A stretch of 54,623 nt of DNA, from IMG/VR virus record IMGVR_UViG_3300042471_000954, positions 1 to 54,623 of that record. One strand, given 5' to 3'. Shown piece by piece: positions 53,687 through 54,623 of the stretch. The number at the start of each line of letters is the position of its first letter. Position 1 is the stretch's first letter. The notes under the pieces were generated by a model. The model was not told the DNA's origin. It did not search any database and saw nothing but the letters and a program-made list of their open reading frames with translations. The position numbers and the translations under genes are program-made. Source of the stretch: a virus. Its lineage: Duplodnaviria > Caudoviricetes.

Positions 53687-54051
53687 GCATCCCCACAACC
53701 CTCCTCTCCGACAAGCCAACCCACGTCTGGGTTTTTGATATCAACCGCCGCGTCTACCCCGTGAAGGCGCCAGGGGAAATCTCAAGATCTCCCATCTACC
53801 GCGAGCACTGGGCTAAGCGCGAGATCATCGGCGAGACAACCCGCTCCTGGTTGATTGGCTCTACGCGGTGGCCCGTGAAGGTCCCAAAGCGTGGTGCAGA
53901 CCATCGCCGCTTTCTGTTCAACGAGAAAGATGTAGACGACGACGTTTGGGCCAACGATCACCGCTACCGAATTGAGAGGCTAATTCAAACCCTTTCACCC
54001 GAGAAGCTCCGGCAGGTTGCGGAGTTGATCGGATACGAGGCGGCCACGTGA
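53683..54051 (+). CDS. hypothetical protein
   Basis: VWVFDINRRVY...PIYREHW...IIGETTRSW. Confidence 0.6.
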   Translation: MSIPTTLLSDKPTHVWVFDINRRVYPVKAPGEISRSPIYREHWAKREIIGETTRSWLIGSTRWPVKVPKRGADHRRFLFNEKDVDDDVWANDHRYRIERLIQTLSPEKLRQVAELIGYEAAT

Positions 54052-54623
54052 ACAACCCTATCCTCCCAGTCCTTAGCCAAGGCGTGTCAAAGCGACTAGG
54101 CCCAGCGGTAAACATCATCACTCAATTCAACGTGTTTCGGCCAAGCGCATATTTTTCAATGTGCGACAAAGGGCCCTTTTGGTTCCACCACGATAAGCCT
54201 TTATCAATAGGCTATTGCCATACCAGCGCAAACATTGCATGGGGGCAATCTATAAGCAGGAAAATGGGTCTTCAACTTCTTTTCGGTGATCTACTAGAAC
54301 TAGAATCAACATTAAATCGTAAACTGCCTTGGTTTCACCAATGGCATTACTTGGTACGTGCCGCTGTAATCTCAAGGGCCTTCCATGAAGGGCACTATTT
54401 TTTTCACAGCAAAATGGGGATTGAAATGGGAAACAGCACTCGTGGCACTCTGAACGGCTCGCATCGCCCTAGTATTTGTTTAGAAGAATGTCTTTTCGCG
54501 CAGTGGGAGCGCCTTGATGACAAACAAAAGAAACTGCGCATTGCTGAGCTTGATTTAGTGTATTTAAGAGACACGCTTGTGAGGTTGAAAGAAAAAGAAA
54601 GGCTTGACGCTTCCAGGCGCTCC
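54048..54623 (+). CDS. hypothetical protein, partial (runs off window end)
   Basis: GTGA-coupled; frame open to the end of the window by hand translation; AT-richer. Confidence 0.55.
   Translation, partial: MNNPILPVLSQGVSKRLGPAVNIITQFNVFRPSAYFSMCDKGPFWFHHDKPLSIGYCHTSANIAWGQSISRKMGLQLLFGDLLELESTLNRKLPWFHQWHYLVRAAVISRAFHEGHYFFHSKMGIEMGNSTRGTLNGSHRPSICLEECLFAQWERLDDKQKKLRIAELDLVYLRDTLVRLKEKERLDASRRS

Noticed and set aside
1-54623. Integrase, att sites, tRNA genes, endolysin and photosynthesis AMGs
   Set aside because: None was recognised. Both window ends fall inside phage ORFs, so prophage versus free phage cannot be decided.

Overview
The window is a ~54.6 kb, GC-rich segment of a siphovirus-type phage or prophage. 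The host is most likely a picocyanobacterium (Synechococcus/Cyanobium-like), inferred from SD-less C/A-rich leaders and cyanophage-type small genes. Positions 1-30.0 kb hold the virion module, mostly on the minus strand: TerS, TerL, a phage SigF/SigB-like sigma factor, portal, MuF, head-tail proteins, a G/GT tail chaperone with a GGGAAAG -1 frameshift, tail tube, tape measure and tail-tip proteins, followed atypically by scaffold, major capsid and decoration genes. Positions 30-47 kb are an early/accessory region with dcd, KilA-N, a Zn-ribbon-alphaCTD fusion, SNF2 helicase plus DNA methylase, RusA, SSB, a Sak-like recombinase and many small modular ORFs. Positions 47-54.6 kb hold a repressor-like gene, a replication initiator with iterons and a dual-frame C5 DNA methyltransferase. 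The standout locus is a plus-strand operon at 40451-42678: a stand-alone Cas7/RAMP-like gene, an ~0.8 kb non-coding array of GG(C/T/A)NN pentamers punctuated into ~20 units by GGCWGG, a conserved-looking partner gene and a terminator. It is a candidate non-CRISPR, RNA-guided phage system. Several recurrent cis-motifs are also visible: a putative late promoter GG(A/C)AA(G/C/A)CT, an operator-like RYGGCTTA, and two hairpin families. No integrase, lysis cassette, tRNA or canonical CRISPR array was seen. All calls come from reading the sequence by eye; no searches were run.
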